This document shows positions 11,454 through 22,398 of a stretch of DNA of 61,347 nucleotides, piece by piece. This stretch comes from an uncultured virus (IMG/VR IMGVR_UViG_2061766007_001638) (lineage: Duplodnaviria > Heunggongvirae > Uroviricota > Caudoviricetes). Location of the stretch: the IMG/VR virus record IMGVR_UViG_2061766007_001638. One strand, 5' to 3'. A program made the translations under genes and the position numbers. The first letter of the stretch is position 1. Each line of letters begins with the position of its first letter. The notes below the pieces were generated by a model that saw only the letters and a list, made by a program, of their open reading frames with translations, made no database searches and had not been told where the DNA came from.

Positions 11454-11473
11454 GGGGAAGACAGCAGCGGAAG
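10636..11473 (+). repeat. Near-exact intragenic direct repeats
   Basis: 10636-10735 vs 11374-11473 (99/100 identical); 10966-11058 vs 11275-11367 (91/93 identical). Confidence 0.9.
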
Positions 11474-11525
11474 AGGGAAACATACATGATTGAAATTTGA
11501 TATTGATTCTATTCCAACATGTGAT

Positions 11526-11560
11526 AAAACCAGGCTGTATTAATTCAGCCTGGTTTTTAT
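11526..11560. terminator. Bidirectional terminator between convergent genes
   Basis: AAAACCAGGCTG / CAGCCTGGTTTT stem. Confidence 0.85.
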
Positions 11561-11601
11561 TTCAACTAAATAAGAAGATTATTCTCACGTAGCGTCAAAG
11601 T

Positions 11602-12272
11602 TTAAATCTACAAGTAACTTTCAATCGACTTGAACCCTGTTGGAACTTTGTTGAATGTTCTGTTTTTCCTTGACGGGAACGGTCCGACGTCCACAAATAA
11701 GTATCCATTTGTATTGCTGTTAGTCCTCGCCGTTTTTGGTGAATTATACTATATAAACAAGGGATAATTTGATACATACGTCCTGAAAAACTTATATGAA
11801 TATGAATCTGTTATATGGTTCAGTTCATGATGGTAGTCGATAAATTTGTCGTATGCGTCTGAAAAAACCATGTTGCACGCACTTCCCCATACTGTGTTTC
11901 CGTCTTCGAGTCTTATGAATGGGCTTTTTGACATGTCAAGTATGTTCTTGTAGGAACATTTAAGGTTTGTCCAGTTCAGGCATATTATTTCCGCGTCTTC
12001 TGGTATGTTTGTCCGTACGAATTCCAGTTTTTCCTTTATTCCGTCGCATGGATACGCGTCATCTTCAAATATCACTACAAATGGCCATCCTCTCGCTTTC
12101 GCCTCTTTCACGCATTTCAGATGAGATGCTGTAATTCTCATCCATGTCTTCGAGAGCTTCCTGTCCGTACAGCCAGCTATCTTTTCTGGGATTTCAAGAA
12201 AATTGGCTTCAAACAACCTTTTGAAAATATTTAGTCTATCTTCGTTGACCGAGATTACAAACGAGTGCTTTA
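11602..12272 (-). CDS. Glycosyltransferase family 25-like (start masked; TAG read-through)
   Basis: FVISV...R, ASH, IFEDDA motifs; PLFI(TAG 11749) matches the GT25 P-x-x-x-Q motif; second TAG 11608; ends TAA. Confidence 0.75.
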
Positions 12273-12386
12273 NNNNNNNNNNNNNNNNNNNNNNNNNNNN
12301 NNNNNNNNNNNNNNNNNNNNNNNNNNNNNNNNNNNNNNNNNNNNNNNNNNNNNNNNNNNNNNNNNNNNNNNNNNNNNNNNNNNNNN

Positions 12387-13284
12387 AAACCTTGATTTTT
12401 CATTGAACTTGTTTTCGAAAAAATCCAGCATCTGTCTTAGTATTTCATTAATTTCAACGACATTGTCGGAGTCGTTTATGCAAACCATTTTTTGTTTCAT
12501 CGTCTATAGAACGTTTTTCATGTAGCCAAAGTCATTTCCANNNNNNNNNNNNNNNNNNNNNNNNNNNNNNNNNNNNNNNNNNNNNNNNNNNNNNNNNNNN
12601 NNNNAATAAATCGGAAAAAGGTACTGAGTATAGTTGAACGGCTCCCTGAATTTCGTGCATGAATCGATTATCGTGTCTCCAGCTTTCTCGTGTATCTCGT
12701 CGAAAACGCTTTTTAANNNNNNNNNNNNNNNNNNNNNNNNNNNNNNNNNNNNNNNNNNNNNNNNNNNNNNNNNNNNNNNNNNNNNNNNNNNNNNNTCTAT
12801 ATGTGTTTCTTGCAGACGTCCTTTTTTTGAAACTGTATATCGGCCTTCCGAGAAAATCAAAAAAATCCTAACAATCGGTCATTCTCATAACCAGTATGTC
12901 GTCATTACTGTATATGAAATGTTCAGATAATCCTTCTATCCTATTAAGAAACATCTCTATTGTTGTGCTGTTGAATGTCGGAACGAGAACTTCTGGGATT
13001 ATTTCCTCGTGAAGCACGACGTGGACGTTTTCCCTGTCTATGAAGTCGGGGACCTGCTCTATGTTAGACACCACCAAATGCACTTTCCTGACAAATGGCA
13101 TGTACTTGTCAACACCCCTCAAAATGTATTTTAACAATCCCCAACTTCTATATCTTGATGGAGAATAGCATCCAGGATACTTAGAGATTTTCTCTAACCA
13201 CACTGGGTCTCTGTCGTCAACGTATGTTATGACAAAGTCAACTGGAAAATCACTAAAAACTTGTATTTGGTTTTTTAAATTCAT
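12387..13284 (-). CDS. Stealth family (hexose-1-phosphoryltransferase-like) protein (TAG read-through; 3' end masked)
   Basis: PVDFVITYVD, LKYILRGV..YMPFVR, PTFNS..IE, HFIYSNDD, KFR, MVCIND, KSRF motifs; TAGs at 12868 and 12504 fall between them. Confidence 0.85.
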
Positions 13285-13511
13285 TTTTATTGNNNNNNNN
13301 NNNNNNNNNNNNNNNNNNNNNNNNNNNNNNNNNNNNNNNNNNNNNNNNNNNNNNNNNNNNNNNNNNNNNNNNNNNNNNNNNNNNNNNNNNNNNNNNNNNN
13401 NNNNNNNNNNNNNNTTATGAATCTGGTTATTTTCATTTTTTATACTCCTGTTTACTTGTATTATTTACAGTTTAACAAATCCATGTATAATATGATACAC
13501 AAGGATGTTAC

Positions 13512-13721
13512 CTGAAAATAAGAATCAGACAAGAAGGTCTTGGATACTGCGTGGACAGATACGTCGGATACATGTGGAAGAGATGGCTTCCAAAAGCAAT
13601 AGGCGTAATACGGGGGGAGGAGATTTACAACTACTACAAAACGCCAAAACAGGCAGAACGCGCAGCAAGGGCTGAGAAGAAAAGAATGGAAAACGACAAG
13701 GACATAATCATGGAGATTTGA
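13512..13721 (+). CDS. Hypothetical 69-aa protein with probable CTG start
   Basis: TATAAT 13486, AAGGA SD, then CTG AAA ATA AGA... open to TGA; not in the ORF track. Confidence 0.4.
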   Translation: MKIRIRQEGLGYCVDRYVGYMWKRWLPKAIGVIRGEEIYNYYKTPKQAERAARAEKKRMENDKDIIMEI

Positions 13722-13742
13722 CATATGGGGTAAATATCCCCA

Positions 13743-14129
13743 ATGGCAAACACTACCGAACGCCACAAGCAGAAGAAGAGCCAAAAGCGGAAAGACCGCC
13801 AGGAAAGGCGAAGACAGAAACAACTCAGCAAGATTGCTGAAGAAGCTGACAACGTGGGGGATGTGCGGCAAGACGGTCGTGTCGTCCAGGAGGGGGAACT
13901 CCCAAAGAAGAAAAAGTCTATCCCTGGACTCCTTGCTAAGAACTGCGACAACATAATGAGGTGGCTCAGGGACTATCTTCTCATGTTCATGAAATGCGAC
14001 GACGAAGGCTCCGAGTACATACGGAAAATGCCAATAGAGCAGCACAGGCAGCTAATCCAGGACTACGTCGACATACGTCTCATGATTCGAGAGATAGAAG
14101 ATATCAGAAATCCAGGGAAAACCGCGTAA
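13743..14129 (+). CDS. Hypothetical basic protein
   Basis: GTAAATA 13730-13736, ATG 6 nt later. Confidence 0.7.
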   Translation: MANTTERHKQKKSQKRKDRQERRRQKQLSKIAEEADNVGDVRQDGRVVQEGELPKKKKSIPGLLAKNCDNIMRWLRDYLLMFMKCDDEGSEYIRKMPIEQHRQLIQDYVDIRLMIREIEDIRNPGKTA

Positions 14130-14160
14130 ATATCGTCATACCCACAAAAGGAGGACGCCA

Positions 14161-14805
14161 ATGAAAAACCCAATCAAGACCATTGGAATGCTTTCCCTCG
14201 GCCTTTTTGCGACATTTGCCTCTGCAAAGGACGTATTCGACTTCAAGATGACCTTGAAAGTCCCGAGAGTATACAACAACGAGCGCTCGCTCGGCTTCAG
14301 GAAGTACCAGAAACAGATTATAAAGGGAGAGATGGTGGTTGACTACGATTCGGATGGAAACATAAAGGAAATCCAGTTCAGGAACGTATTCAACAGGACC
14401 CACAAGACATCAAACGGGAAAAACGTCACTTACGACGCAAAAATTGACGGAGATGCATTTTATCCGAGGTTCAACGCGATAGGAGACAACAAAAAGAGGA
14501 AGTTCAACGTACCAAGCGTATGTTTTTTCTTTGTCGCGGAGCCTTCATACAACATAGGATAGCTGAACGAGGACAACGCCCTATACCTGATGGTGTCTGG
14601 AAGCGGTCTGCTGCATCCAAAAGGATACATAAGGAAACTTGGCGGAAACGTTTCTGGAACGATTGGATGCGGATGCTCCGCATACGGACACATATCCCCG
14701 ACTAGGGTTCTCTGGTTCTGGGGGGCCTCTTCGCAAGTTGACGACGTCGCTGCGGTCTACGGAAAGTGGAGCGCAAAGTTCAACAGGAAAAAATCCGACA
14801 GGTAA
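14161..14805 (+). CDS. Secreted protein with signal peptide (TAG read-through at 14560)
   Basis: Signal peptide ...FATFASA; ORFs 14161-14562 and 14590-14805 are in one frame; AGGAGG SD; GTAAATA 14126. Confidence 0.75.
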
Positions 14806-14827
14806 ATATCCAAAAAGAAAATAGAAT

Positions 14828-17058
14828 ATGGGAAGCGCATTTTTAGGGAACACCTCTTCCAATATGAAGAGATGGATTGAGACGCACCGTCCAGAGACAC
14901 TTTTCTGCATGTCCGACGGAACGAGGGAGTATTACGACATACGTGGGTGCGTTGACGACGGCTGGCTACTGGAAAACGGATTCAAAGACGGTCAATCTTG
15001 GACAAAAGACATAAAAAGAGTCGTCATTGGACTGAATTCGTCTGGAATTGGTGGATTTGCATTCTCAAATTGCCAAAGTCTGGAGGACTTTTATGCATCT
15101 GACAATGCGGTGGAATTTGGAAATGGTGCGCTAAGCGGATGCGTTCGTCTTTCGTCTGCTGTGCTTCCAGAAGAAACAAAAACGATAAGCGAATCTCTTT
15201 TCTCTGGATGTACTGGACTTACGTGGTTTAAAATTCCAGGTAAAACTGAAATAATAGGGAAAACGTCATTTCAGGGATGTTCAAATCTTGAAAATGTCAG
15301 TATCCCAGACAGCGTTAAATCAATCCAAAATGGAGCATTCAGGGACTGTAACGAAAACCTTTATGACATTCAGACTTTGCCTGGGGTCAAGCTTGTTGAC
15401 GGATGGGCGTGTGAAATCGTGTACCAGGATTTTCAACATGGGGCATTGGATTTGACCGATGTACGAGGAATCTGCGAGATGGCGTTCTATGGATGCGATA
15501 AGATAGAACACGCGGAAATTCCAGGGAAAATTCATGAAATTCCTCATCAATCATTTGCGTCATGTCCGTAGATTTCATCGGTTTTGATGCACGACGGGGT
15601 TCAGAAAATAGGAAATTACGCTTTCATGGGTTGTGGAAACCTGATTGAAGTAAATCTTCCAGACAGCGTATTGGAAATCGGAATGGGTGCATTCCAGGGT
15701 TGCTCCAAACTTTCATCTATCCATTTAGGAAACGGCCTGACTTCAATTGGAAAAAATTCATTCAATGGTTGCAGCGAACTTTTATACGACGTACAGACGA
15801 TACAAAACATAATCATAGTCGATGGGTGGGTTATCGGCTATGAAAACGGATTTCCATCATAGTTAGACTTATCCCGTGCAAGGGGGATTGCCAATGNNNN
15901 NNNNNNTAGCAAATAACCCTTCCAGAATCAATGTCGAAAATCGGGGACGGAGAGTTTATGTTTTGTCAATCCCTTGAATCGGTTTCAATTCCTACAACCG
16001 TAAATGAAATAGGACATGAGTCTTTTGCGATGTGCGATTCTCTTGAAAGCATCACCATTCCAGAAAACGTAGAAACTATAGGAAACAGGGCATTTTACGG
16101 ATGTACTGGAATGACATCCATAGAAATATAGAATGAAGACGTCGTCATATCAGACAATTCGTTCAGGGGGTGTTTTTCCGTCGTTATCGTGGATATTCCG
16201 AATGGAATAAGACAGATAGGACAGTGCGCTTTTCAATTCGACGCCGACGGACAGGAGATAATGTTCACAAACCAGGACATGCAGACTATAAGGGAATGGT
16301 TCGACAACGGGTATTTTGGAATGGGCTGGGGCCCCGTCACCATTAACTGCTATGACGGTTCGCTATATTGCGTATACGGGTCCGNNNNNNNNNNNNNNNN
16401 NNNNNNNTCCAAATAACGGGGAGAGTCAGTCATATGACATAATTGGAGAACTTGCGGCAGGGTACAACGGTTATACAACAAAGAACATCTATAAAGTTGA
16501 AATAGGCTCTGGCGTCACTAAAGTTGCCAACAGGGCATTTGAGAGGAATACAAGTGTAAACACACTGTCAAGCGTAGTGATTTATGGAGTCCCGACAATA
16601 GGAAATTTTTCTTTCAAGTGCCCATCAATCAAAAACGTCCTAATGACGGAAGGTGTAAAGAACATAGGAAAGCAGGCTTTCAGGGAAACGGCGATTGAAC
16701 AGATAACGATTCCAAGGAGCGTGGTCAAAATAGAAGATTCCGCATTCATATTCTGTTACGACTTGAAAAACGTCAACATTCTCGGGGATGAACTTGAAAT
16801 TGAACAGGGTGCGTTTTGGGGATGCAACAAAATGGAAATGGTTTCGATTCCAAACGGAAACATAACCATAGGGGGAAGCGCATTTGAATTCGATAAAGAG
16901 GAAGAAGACCCTCCAGTATATTTCAAAAACCAGNNNNNNNNNNNNNNNNNGGGTACTTCGGTGATTGGGGAAATATGACCGTCTAGTGCACAGATGGAAA
17001 ACTTTCATGTGTTTATAGTTATTCAGACAACCAATGGCACATAACCCCAATTTAGTAA
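14828..17058 (+). CDS. BspA-type leucine-rich repeat protein (TAG read-through)
   Basis: Many IPxxVxxIGxxAFxxC repeats; in-frame TAGs 15569, 15860, 16129, 16984, 17053; ends TAA; N-terminus paralogous to the 8386 gene. Confidence 0.8.
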
Positions 17059-17092
17059 TTTTCCATAATTTGTCTATCGTATAATATACCAC

Positions 17093-17890
17093 ATGAAAGA
17101 AACGTGTGGAATAATCCTCTCTGGAGGTCTCGGGACAAGGCTTCGTCCAATGACGACGGCTGTCTCAAAGCAGCTTCTCCCAGTGTACAACAAGCCCATG
17201 GTGTACTTCCCTCTGAGCCTTCTCATGCTCGCTGGAATAAGGGACGTACTTCTGGTATCGGATGAATACTCGATGCCGATGTACAAGAAACTGTTCGGAG
17301 ACGGAGAGCAATTCGGAATAAAGATTTCGTACAAAATACAGTACGTTCCAAACGGCCTTGCACAGGCGTTCATATTGGGAAAAGAATTCATAGGAAACAG
17401 AAACACATGTCTGGTCTTGGGAGATAACATCTTCTACGGAGCTGGATTGACAAAACTTCTCATAGATTCCGTACAAAGCGGTGAACCGACAGTATTTGCA
17501 TACAGGGTGAAGAATCCCTCTGCATACGGAGTCGTGGAATTTGACGATAACGGAAGGGTTATCTCCATCGAAGAGAAGCCGAAGGAGCCAAAATCAAATT
17601 ATGCGATACCTGGAATATACTTCTTCCCGAACGACGTAGTTGAAATCTCGGAAAACGTGAAGCCTTCGGCAAGGGGAGAATACGAGATAACCGACGTGAT
17701 GAACGCATATTTAACGCAAAAACGCTTGAAGGTCTCAGTCATGCAAAGAGGAATAGCATGGCTTGACTCTGGTACTCCGCAGTCACTGAACGACGCAAGC
17801 AACTTCGTCAGGACGATAGAGGAGCGGACTGGCCTGAAGGTAGCGGACTTAAACGAAATAGCCATAAATAACGGATGGATAGAAGGTTGA
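17093..17890 (+). CDS. rfbA: Glucose-1-phosphate thymidylyltransferase
   Basis: GIILSGGLGTRLRPMT..VSKQLLPVYNKPM, PNGLAQAF, LGDNIFYG, EEKP..PKSNYA, PSARGEYEITD, AWLDSGT. Confidence 0.95.
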   Translation: MKETCGIILSGGLGTRLRPMTTAVSKQLLPVYNKPMVYFPLSLLMLAGIRDVLLVSDEYSMPMYKKLFGDGEQFGIKISYKIQYVPNGLAQAFILGKEFIGNRNTCLVLGDNIFYGAGLTKLLIDSVQSGEPTVFAYRVKNPSAYGVVEFDDNGRVISIEEKPKEPKSNYAIPGIYFFPNDVVEISENVKPSARGEYEITDVMNAYLTQKRLKVSVMQRGIAWLDSGTPQSLNDASNFVRTIEERTGLKVADLNEIAINNGWIEG

Positions 17891-17891
17891 C

Positions 17892-18125
17892 ATGCTTGAC
17901 AAGAACGACAAGGATGGAACGATAAAATTCCTGGTTGAACGCATAAAGGAAATACGAGAAGCCGTACGGGGAATATACTCGGTCAAGAACGTATATGTCT
18001 ACGATTATGAGGACGACGACTATTATGAAGTTGAAAACGCGGGGTTTTCCAACAAGGTCGGAAATGACGACATAAACGAAGTTGTAGACCTGTGCGACAA
18101 GACTTTAATGGAAGTCATGTTTTAA
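17892..18125 (+). CDS. Hypothetical protein
   Basis: Directly follows rfbA. Confidence 0.6.
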   Translation: MLDKNDKDGTIKFLVERIKEIREAVRGIYSVKNVYVYDYEDDDYYEVENAGFSNKVGNDDINEVVDLCDKTLMEVMF

Positions 18126-18130
18126 TTAAC

Positions 18131-18159
18131 TTGACAAGACCTTGTGTTTGTGGTATAAT
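18131..18159 (+). promoter_or_regulatory. sigma70-like early promoter
   Basis: TTGACA-17-TATAAT; ATG 8 nt later. Confidence 0.85.
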
Positions 18160-18167
18160 ATCCACAA

Positions 18168-18689
18168 ATGAAAGAATATACCAACAGAATCTGGTGGAAA
18201 ACCAGCGGAGACGGATACTCCAAGTACAGGATTATATCCGAAGCGACGGTGGATGGATATAATTCCGCTTTGATTGAGAAATATATCGCTGATTCGAAAC
18301 ACACAAGATTTGACCTTTGGATAGACTTGTCAAAGTACAGAAAATGCTGGGAAAATGTATTTTACAGAGGAAATGAATGCGACAAAAGCCGTATCCTCGG
18401 ATTTGAAGTATATCTGAACGACCTTCGGAAGAAAACGAAATTCTACATGAGAAACGTATCCCCATCCCCATGGGACAGCGGATTTGGAATCGCNNNNNNN
18501 NNNNNNNNNNNNAAAAACAAAATCGACTCCATGAAAGATGCAATACGAATTGGAATAAATGAAGAAAACATAGGACAATATATCGAAAGCATGACAAAGG
18601 ACGCTGTATTGGGAATGGAACCAATGATTAAATGCTTTGAAGGTTGTGGGGAGATAATCCTGACGCCAGAAAACGAATTTTACCTTTGA
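18168..18689 (+). CDS. Hypothetical protein
   Basis: ORF after promoter. Confidence 0.65.
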   Translation: MKEYTNRIWWKTSGDGYSKYRIISEATVDGYNSALIEKYIADSKHTRFDLWIDLSKYRKCWENVFYRGNECDKSRILGFEVYLNDLRKKTKFYMRNVSPSPWDSGFGIXXXXXXXKNKIDSMKDAIRIGINEENIGQYIESMTKDAVLGMEPMIKCFEGCGEIILTPENEFYL

Positions 18690-18697
18690 GGAAAGAA

Positions 18698-19504
18698 ATG
18701 AACATTGTATTCGTGGAAAATAGCACTAATTTCACAAAAGACATCGGAAACATATCTGAACGCCTTGCGGAGCTTGGAATGTCCAATGTTGAGATTATCT
18801 ACATAGACGGAGTTACGTGCCACGGGGTGAAAAGCCTTCTGGAAAGCAAGAACAACGTAGGAAGCTTTGTAATCGTTACTGACAAGAGGGAGAAGTTTGC
18901 CGAGAACTTCCCGAACAACACGATTGAGGTTAAGCAAGACGAGAATCCAGACAACGTGTGCAAGCACATTGCGTACATAATGTCGAACTTCGGGCGTGAA
19001 TATAAACAAACAAAGAGGATTTTCGTTACATCCGACACGCATTTCTTCCACTCCAACATAATCAGGTACTGCAACAGGCCGTGGGGTTCGGCGGAGGAAA
19101 TGNNNNNNNNNNNNNNNNNNNNTTGTCCGTCCAGACGACATCGTAATCCACATGGGAGACTTCTGTTTCGGAGGACGTCATAAGGTCGAGTCGGTCTTCA
19201 ACCGCCTGAACGGGAAAATCGACCTCGTCTTGGGAAACCACGACAAACTTAAGGTGTCGGACTACTATTCAATCGGATTCCACAGGGTCTACNNNNNNNN
19301 NNNNNNNNNNNNNNCCACGCACCTCTCCAGTGGATTAAGGACGGAGACGTGTACTACAACGTCTTCGGACACGTCCACGACATGCCGCTTTACAAGACAT
19401 GGACCAAGAATTCGTGCTGCGCTTGCGTCGAGAGGCATGACTACACGCCAATCCTCTTTGAAAAGATAAAGTCGACTGCAAAATACATGAACGAAAACGA
19501 GTAA
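18698..19504 (+). CDS. Calcineurin-like metallophosphoesterase with N-terminal extension
   Basis: FVTSDTHFFHSNII.YC.RP, HMGDF, LGNHD, HAP, GHVH across N gaps. Confidence 0.85.
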
Positions 19505-19510
19505 TTCGAC

Positions 19511-20065
19511 ATGACAAGACAGAAATTCTACGAGACATGCCTTTTGAGGACCTTCCACACCGCATGGTGCGACCCAGACAATCCGATGTACGACACAATC
19601 GGAAAGCTGGATTCCATTGAAGGTCTTACGGTCAAGGAAATAACCATGAGGCTCCAGCTTATCGGAGTTGACAACATCCCTATGAAGGAGGACTTCAAGA
19701 AATGGGGGGTCGGATATCTATGCCAGCTCCTCGGTTTCGTATGTTCGGAGGATGACTCGGAATTCACCAGGCAATTCTTCTCTTTCCTGAAAAGGAACCG
19801 TGGTCTGTACAGGAACAAGAGGGACAGAAAGAAATTCGGAGACGTTTGCTATTTCGCTTACATCGAGAATATCTGCAAGAAAAGGGATTTCTGCGAGAAC
19901 CTAGGAACGTTCATCGCGTATACGTTCAAGGGGGAGGAGTGGTTCGACGATTTCGTGAAAGTTGCATACAGCCTTGGACTTGTCACCGTAGACGGAACGG
20001 AAGNNNNNNNNNNNNNNNNNNNNNNNNNNNNNNNNNNNTGGAGTTATTGGAAAAGCAATTGGTGA
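19511..20065 (+). CDS. Hypothetical protein
   Basis: ORF in operon. Confidence 0.6.
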   Translation: MTRQKFYETCLLRTFHTAWCDPDNPMYDTIGKLDSIEGLTVKEITMRLQLIGVDNIPMKEDFKKWGVGYLCQLLGFVCSEDDSEFTRQFFSFLKRNRGLYRNKRDRKKFGDVCYFAYIENICKKRDFCENLGTFIAYTFKGEEWFDDFVKVAYSLGLVTVDGTEXXXXXXXXXXXXWSYWKSNW

Positions 20066-20070
20066 AAACA

Positions 20071-20406
20071 ATGGTTAAGACGCGTAAAATCAAGATTATA
20101 GCGACGTACTCGACCCTGAACTGGAAATCTGAAAAAGTATCCAATAAACTTGTCGGGGAGACGGACTTCGACGATTACGATTCCGAGAAATTCATGAAAG
20201 CGTTGAATTTCGGGGACTTGTCGTCAATTCCCTCGCCGTTCAAAAACAATGAATACAGTACGTACGGGGAAACAAGGAAAATCTTCGGAAGAGAACTTGA
20301 CATCGGAAAAATGGATGTAGTTGAAACGGAGCCAATCCTTGGGGTTAAGTATGTTATATCGAAAATGGGGAAAAATGTGTCGAAATGGACGTATTCAAAT
20401 GAATAA
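20071..20406 (+). CDS. Hypothetical protein
   Basis: ATG GTT AAG start; ORF in operon. Confidence 0.55.
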   Translation: MVKTRKIKIIATYSTLNWKSEKVSNKLVGETDFDDYDSEKFMKALNFGDLSSIPSPFKNNEYSTYGETRKIFGRELDIGKMDVVETEPILGVKYVISKMGKNVSKWTYSNE

Positions 20407-21292
20407 CTTAAATTTTATGTATTCAAGCGTACAAGATTCCTCGAGCGAACCAAAACCAGAAAAAGTGGACCTGGATGAAATAGACGAGTCAGCCAGGAAC
20501 GAGAAGATTTCGAAAATAGAACGCGCGAGGGACGGGCTGGTCGACATAAACAGGAAGATAATGGAGCTTATCGACGAAAGGTACTCCAGAATCGTTGAAA
20601 TAGAGGACATGGTATCCGACATAAGCCACACGAGATATTTCATAGGGATAGGATATGGAAGCCTCGAAAAAGAATGGCAGGNNNNNNNNNNNNNNNNNNN
20701 NNNNNAAACCGTCGTGTCCAGAATACGGAAGATTTTCTTTGACGATGAAGATGAAAACTTCAGGAAATTCGAATTCTCATGGATGTCCACCCGTGGAAGA
20801 GAAAGTACTGTATCGTGCATAACGGATTTCATCGAATTTACGTTCACTGACGGAACAAACGAATTTGGCATAAGCATTCCTACGGTCAACAAAAAAATGG
20901 TAGGAGACCACTTCTCTTGTTTCGACGAGTCGAGTACACGGTCATACTACAGAACGCATTGCATGTCTCCTGGATTCATGGGGGAGAACTGGTGGCTTGG
21001 AAACATAAGAATAATGGTAAAAATCGATGAATATTCCAAGGAAGAGGTTTGTTCTTCCATGTCGATTGACGAAATACGGACTTATTTGAAAAGCCTGGTG
21101 GGGGAAATCGACAGGAAGAAACAGGAACTGGTCGAGGACAGGTCCAAGAGATTTGAAAGATATGTCTATGGATTTACGGAAAGTTGGACAGAACGTCATG
21201 CGCTTGACGAAAACCCAGTAAAAGAAGAAAATTTTAAAAACAGACGATTAAACCTAGAGACGATGTTGAGAGAAGAGGGATACCTGAGATAA
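20399..21292 (+). CDS. Hypothetical protein
   Basis: Long ORF overlapping the upstream stop. Confidence 0.65.
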   Translation: MNNLNFMYSSVQDSSSEPKPEKVDLDEIDESARNEKISKIERARDGLVDINRKIMELIDERYSRIVEIEDMVSDISHTRYFIGIGYGSLEKEWQXXXXXXXXXTVVSRIRKIFFDDEDENFRKFEFSWMSTRGRESTVSCITDFIEFTFTDGTNEFGISIPTVNKKMVGDHFSCFDESSTRSYYRTHCMSPGFMGENWWLGNIRIMVKIDEYSKEEVCSSMSIDEIRTYLKSLVGEIDRKKQELVEDRSKRFERYVYGFTESWTERHALDENPVKEENFKNRRLNLETMLREEGYLR

Positions 21293-21328
21293 ATTCAATG
21301 TATAATATTCAACCTGAAGGAGTAAAAC

Positions 21329-21766
21329 ATGAAGAAAGACGATATGAAAAACAAACTTGATTTTGTCGCGGTCGTAAGTCTAGGCAGAGGAATCAAAGAT
21401 TTAAAAGTTGAATTCTCCGTTAATCTGGAAAATAAAAAGGACGAACTTGATGGATTGACGTGGGACGAAGTCTACGACAGTGCGGTGGAAACGGCTGAAA
21501 ATACGTATACCGTGGACGATTTTCCAAAAATGGAGATAACAGACATTTTCATCAAGAAAGACGGCGGGGAATTCAGGGTCCTTGCGGAAGACCATTCTGA
21601 AGAAGACCTGAAGGGCTGTCCTGGAGGAAAAATCCTAATCCTCCCGTACGCAAGATATTCTCTTACGCCAGAATTCGAAAAATACATGAAACTGTCCGAA
21701 GCTGGTCTTGTGAACTTCGAGTACAGCGTCGAGAAGATGAGAGAGCTTATGGAAACAATGAAATAA
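21329..21766 (+). CDS. Hypothetical protein
   Basis: TATAAT 21301 and AAGGAG SD. Confidence 0.7.
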   Translation: MKKDDMKNKLDFVAVVSLGRGIKDLKVEFSVNLENKKDELDGLTWDEVYDSAVETAENTYTVDDFPKMEITDIFIKKDGGEFRVLAEDHSEEDLKGCPGGKILILPYARYSLTPEFEKYMKLSEAGLVNFEYSVEKMRELMETMK

Positions 21767-21805
21767 CCAGTTTACGTGTAAATATCCTCAATATAAGGAC
21801 ACAAA

Positions 21806-22387
21806 ATGACAAAAGAATTTGAGGAAATCGTAAAAGAAAAGCTCATGAAACTCGAGTCGGAAGAAAACAACGTTGCCGACCAAGAAATCGACCAAGGACA
21901 GGAACAGAACCAGGAAAACACAACAGACTCGGAAAATGGGGAAAATGCCAAAGAGAATGAATTCTCGGCGGAAAACCTGGATGATTTCTTAAAGAAGACC
22001 GAAACCAAAGTTACGGTCAAAAAAGAGGGGTGCATGCCATCTCCCATTTTCGGGAACAGGGACGTCAAGAACCACAACAAGTTCAGGGTCTACGTCGGGA
22101 ACCCGAAAGGAAAAGTAAGTTTCGTGTTCTGGGACTCGATAGCAAATACTGAAAAGGACAGTCCTCTCGACGAGAAAGACGCCATAGCCGATTTAGGAAG
22201 ATGTATTCTTGATTACGAAGGGAATCCGTCCTTCGAGGAATTCAAGGAAGCTTTCGGTTATGATGAAACGGAAGTCGACCTGGCCCAGAAAGCCTACAAC
22301 GGGTGCAGGAAGATGGTCGAAAAGGCAAAGAAGATTTTTGACGGACCCCAGATTGAAGAGCTGAAGAGACTCGCATCCGAGTACTGA
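21806..22387 (+). CDS. Hypothetical acidic protein
   Basis: GTAAATA 21778 and AAGGA SD. Confidence 0.7.
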   Translation: MTKEFEEIVKEKLMKLESEENNVADQEIDQGQEQNQENTTDSENGENAKENEFSAENLDDFLKKTETKVTVKKEGCMPSPIFGNRDVKNHNKFRVYVGNPKGKVSFVFWDSIANTEKDSPLDEKDAIADLGRCILDYEGNPSFEEFKEAFGYDETEVDLAQKAYNGCRKMVEKAKKIFDGPQIEELKRLASEY

Positions 22388-22398
22388 CAATCCTTAAT

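Noticed and set aside
10636..11473. Diversity-generating retroelement TR/VR pair
   Set aside because: The few mismatches (G/T, A/C, T/C) are not adenine-specific, both copies are in-frame coding modules, and no reverse transcriptase is visible.
8386..17058. Pseudogenes or degraded LRR genes
   Set aside because: Interruptions are all TAG, never TAA/TGA, and the same happens in the essential terminase; recoding explains this better than decay.
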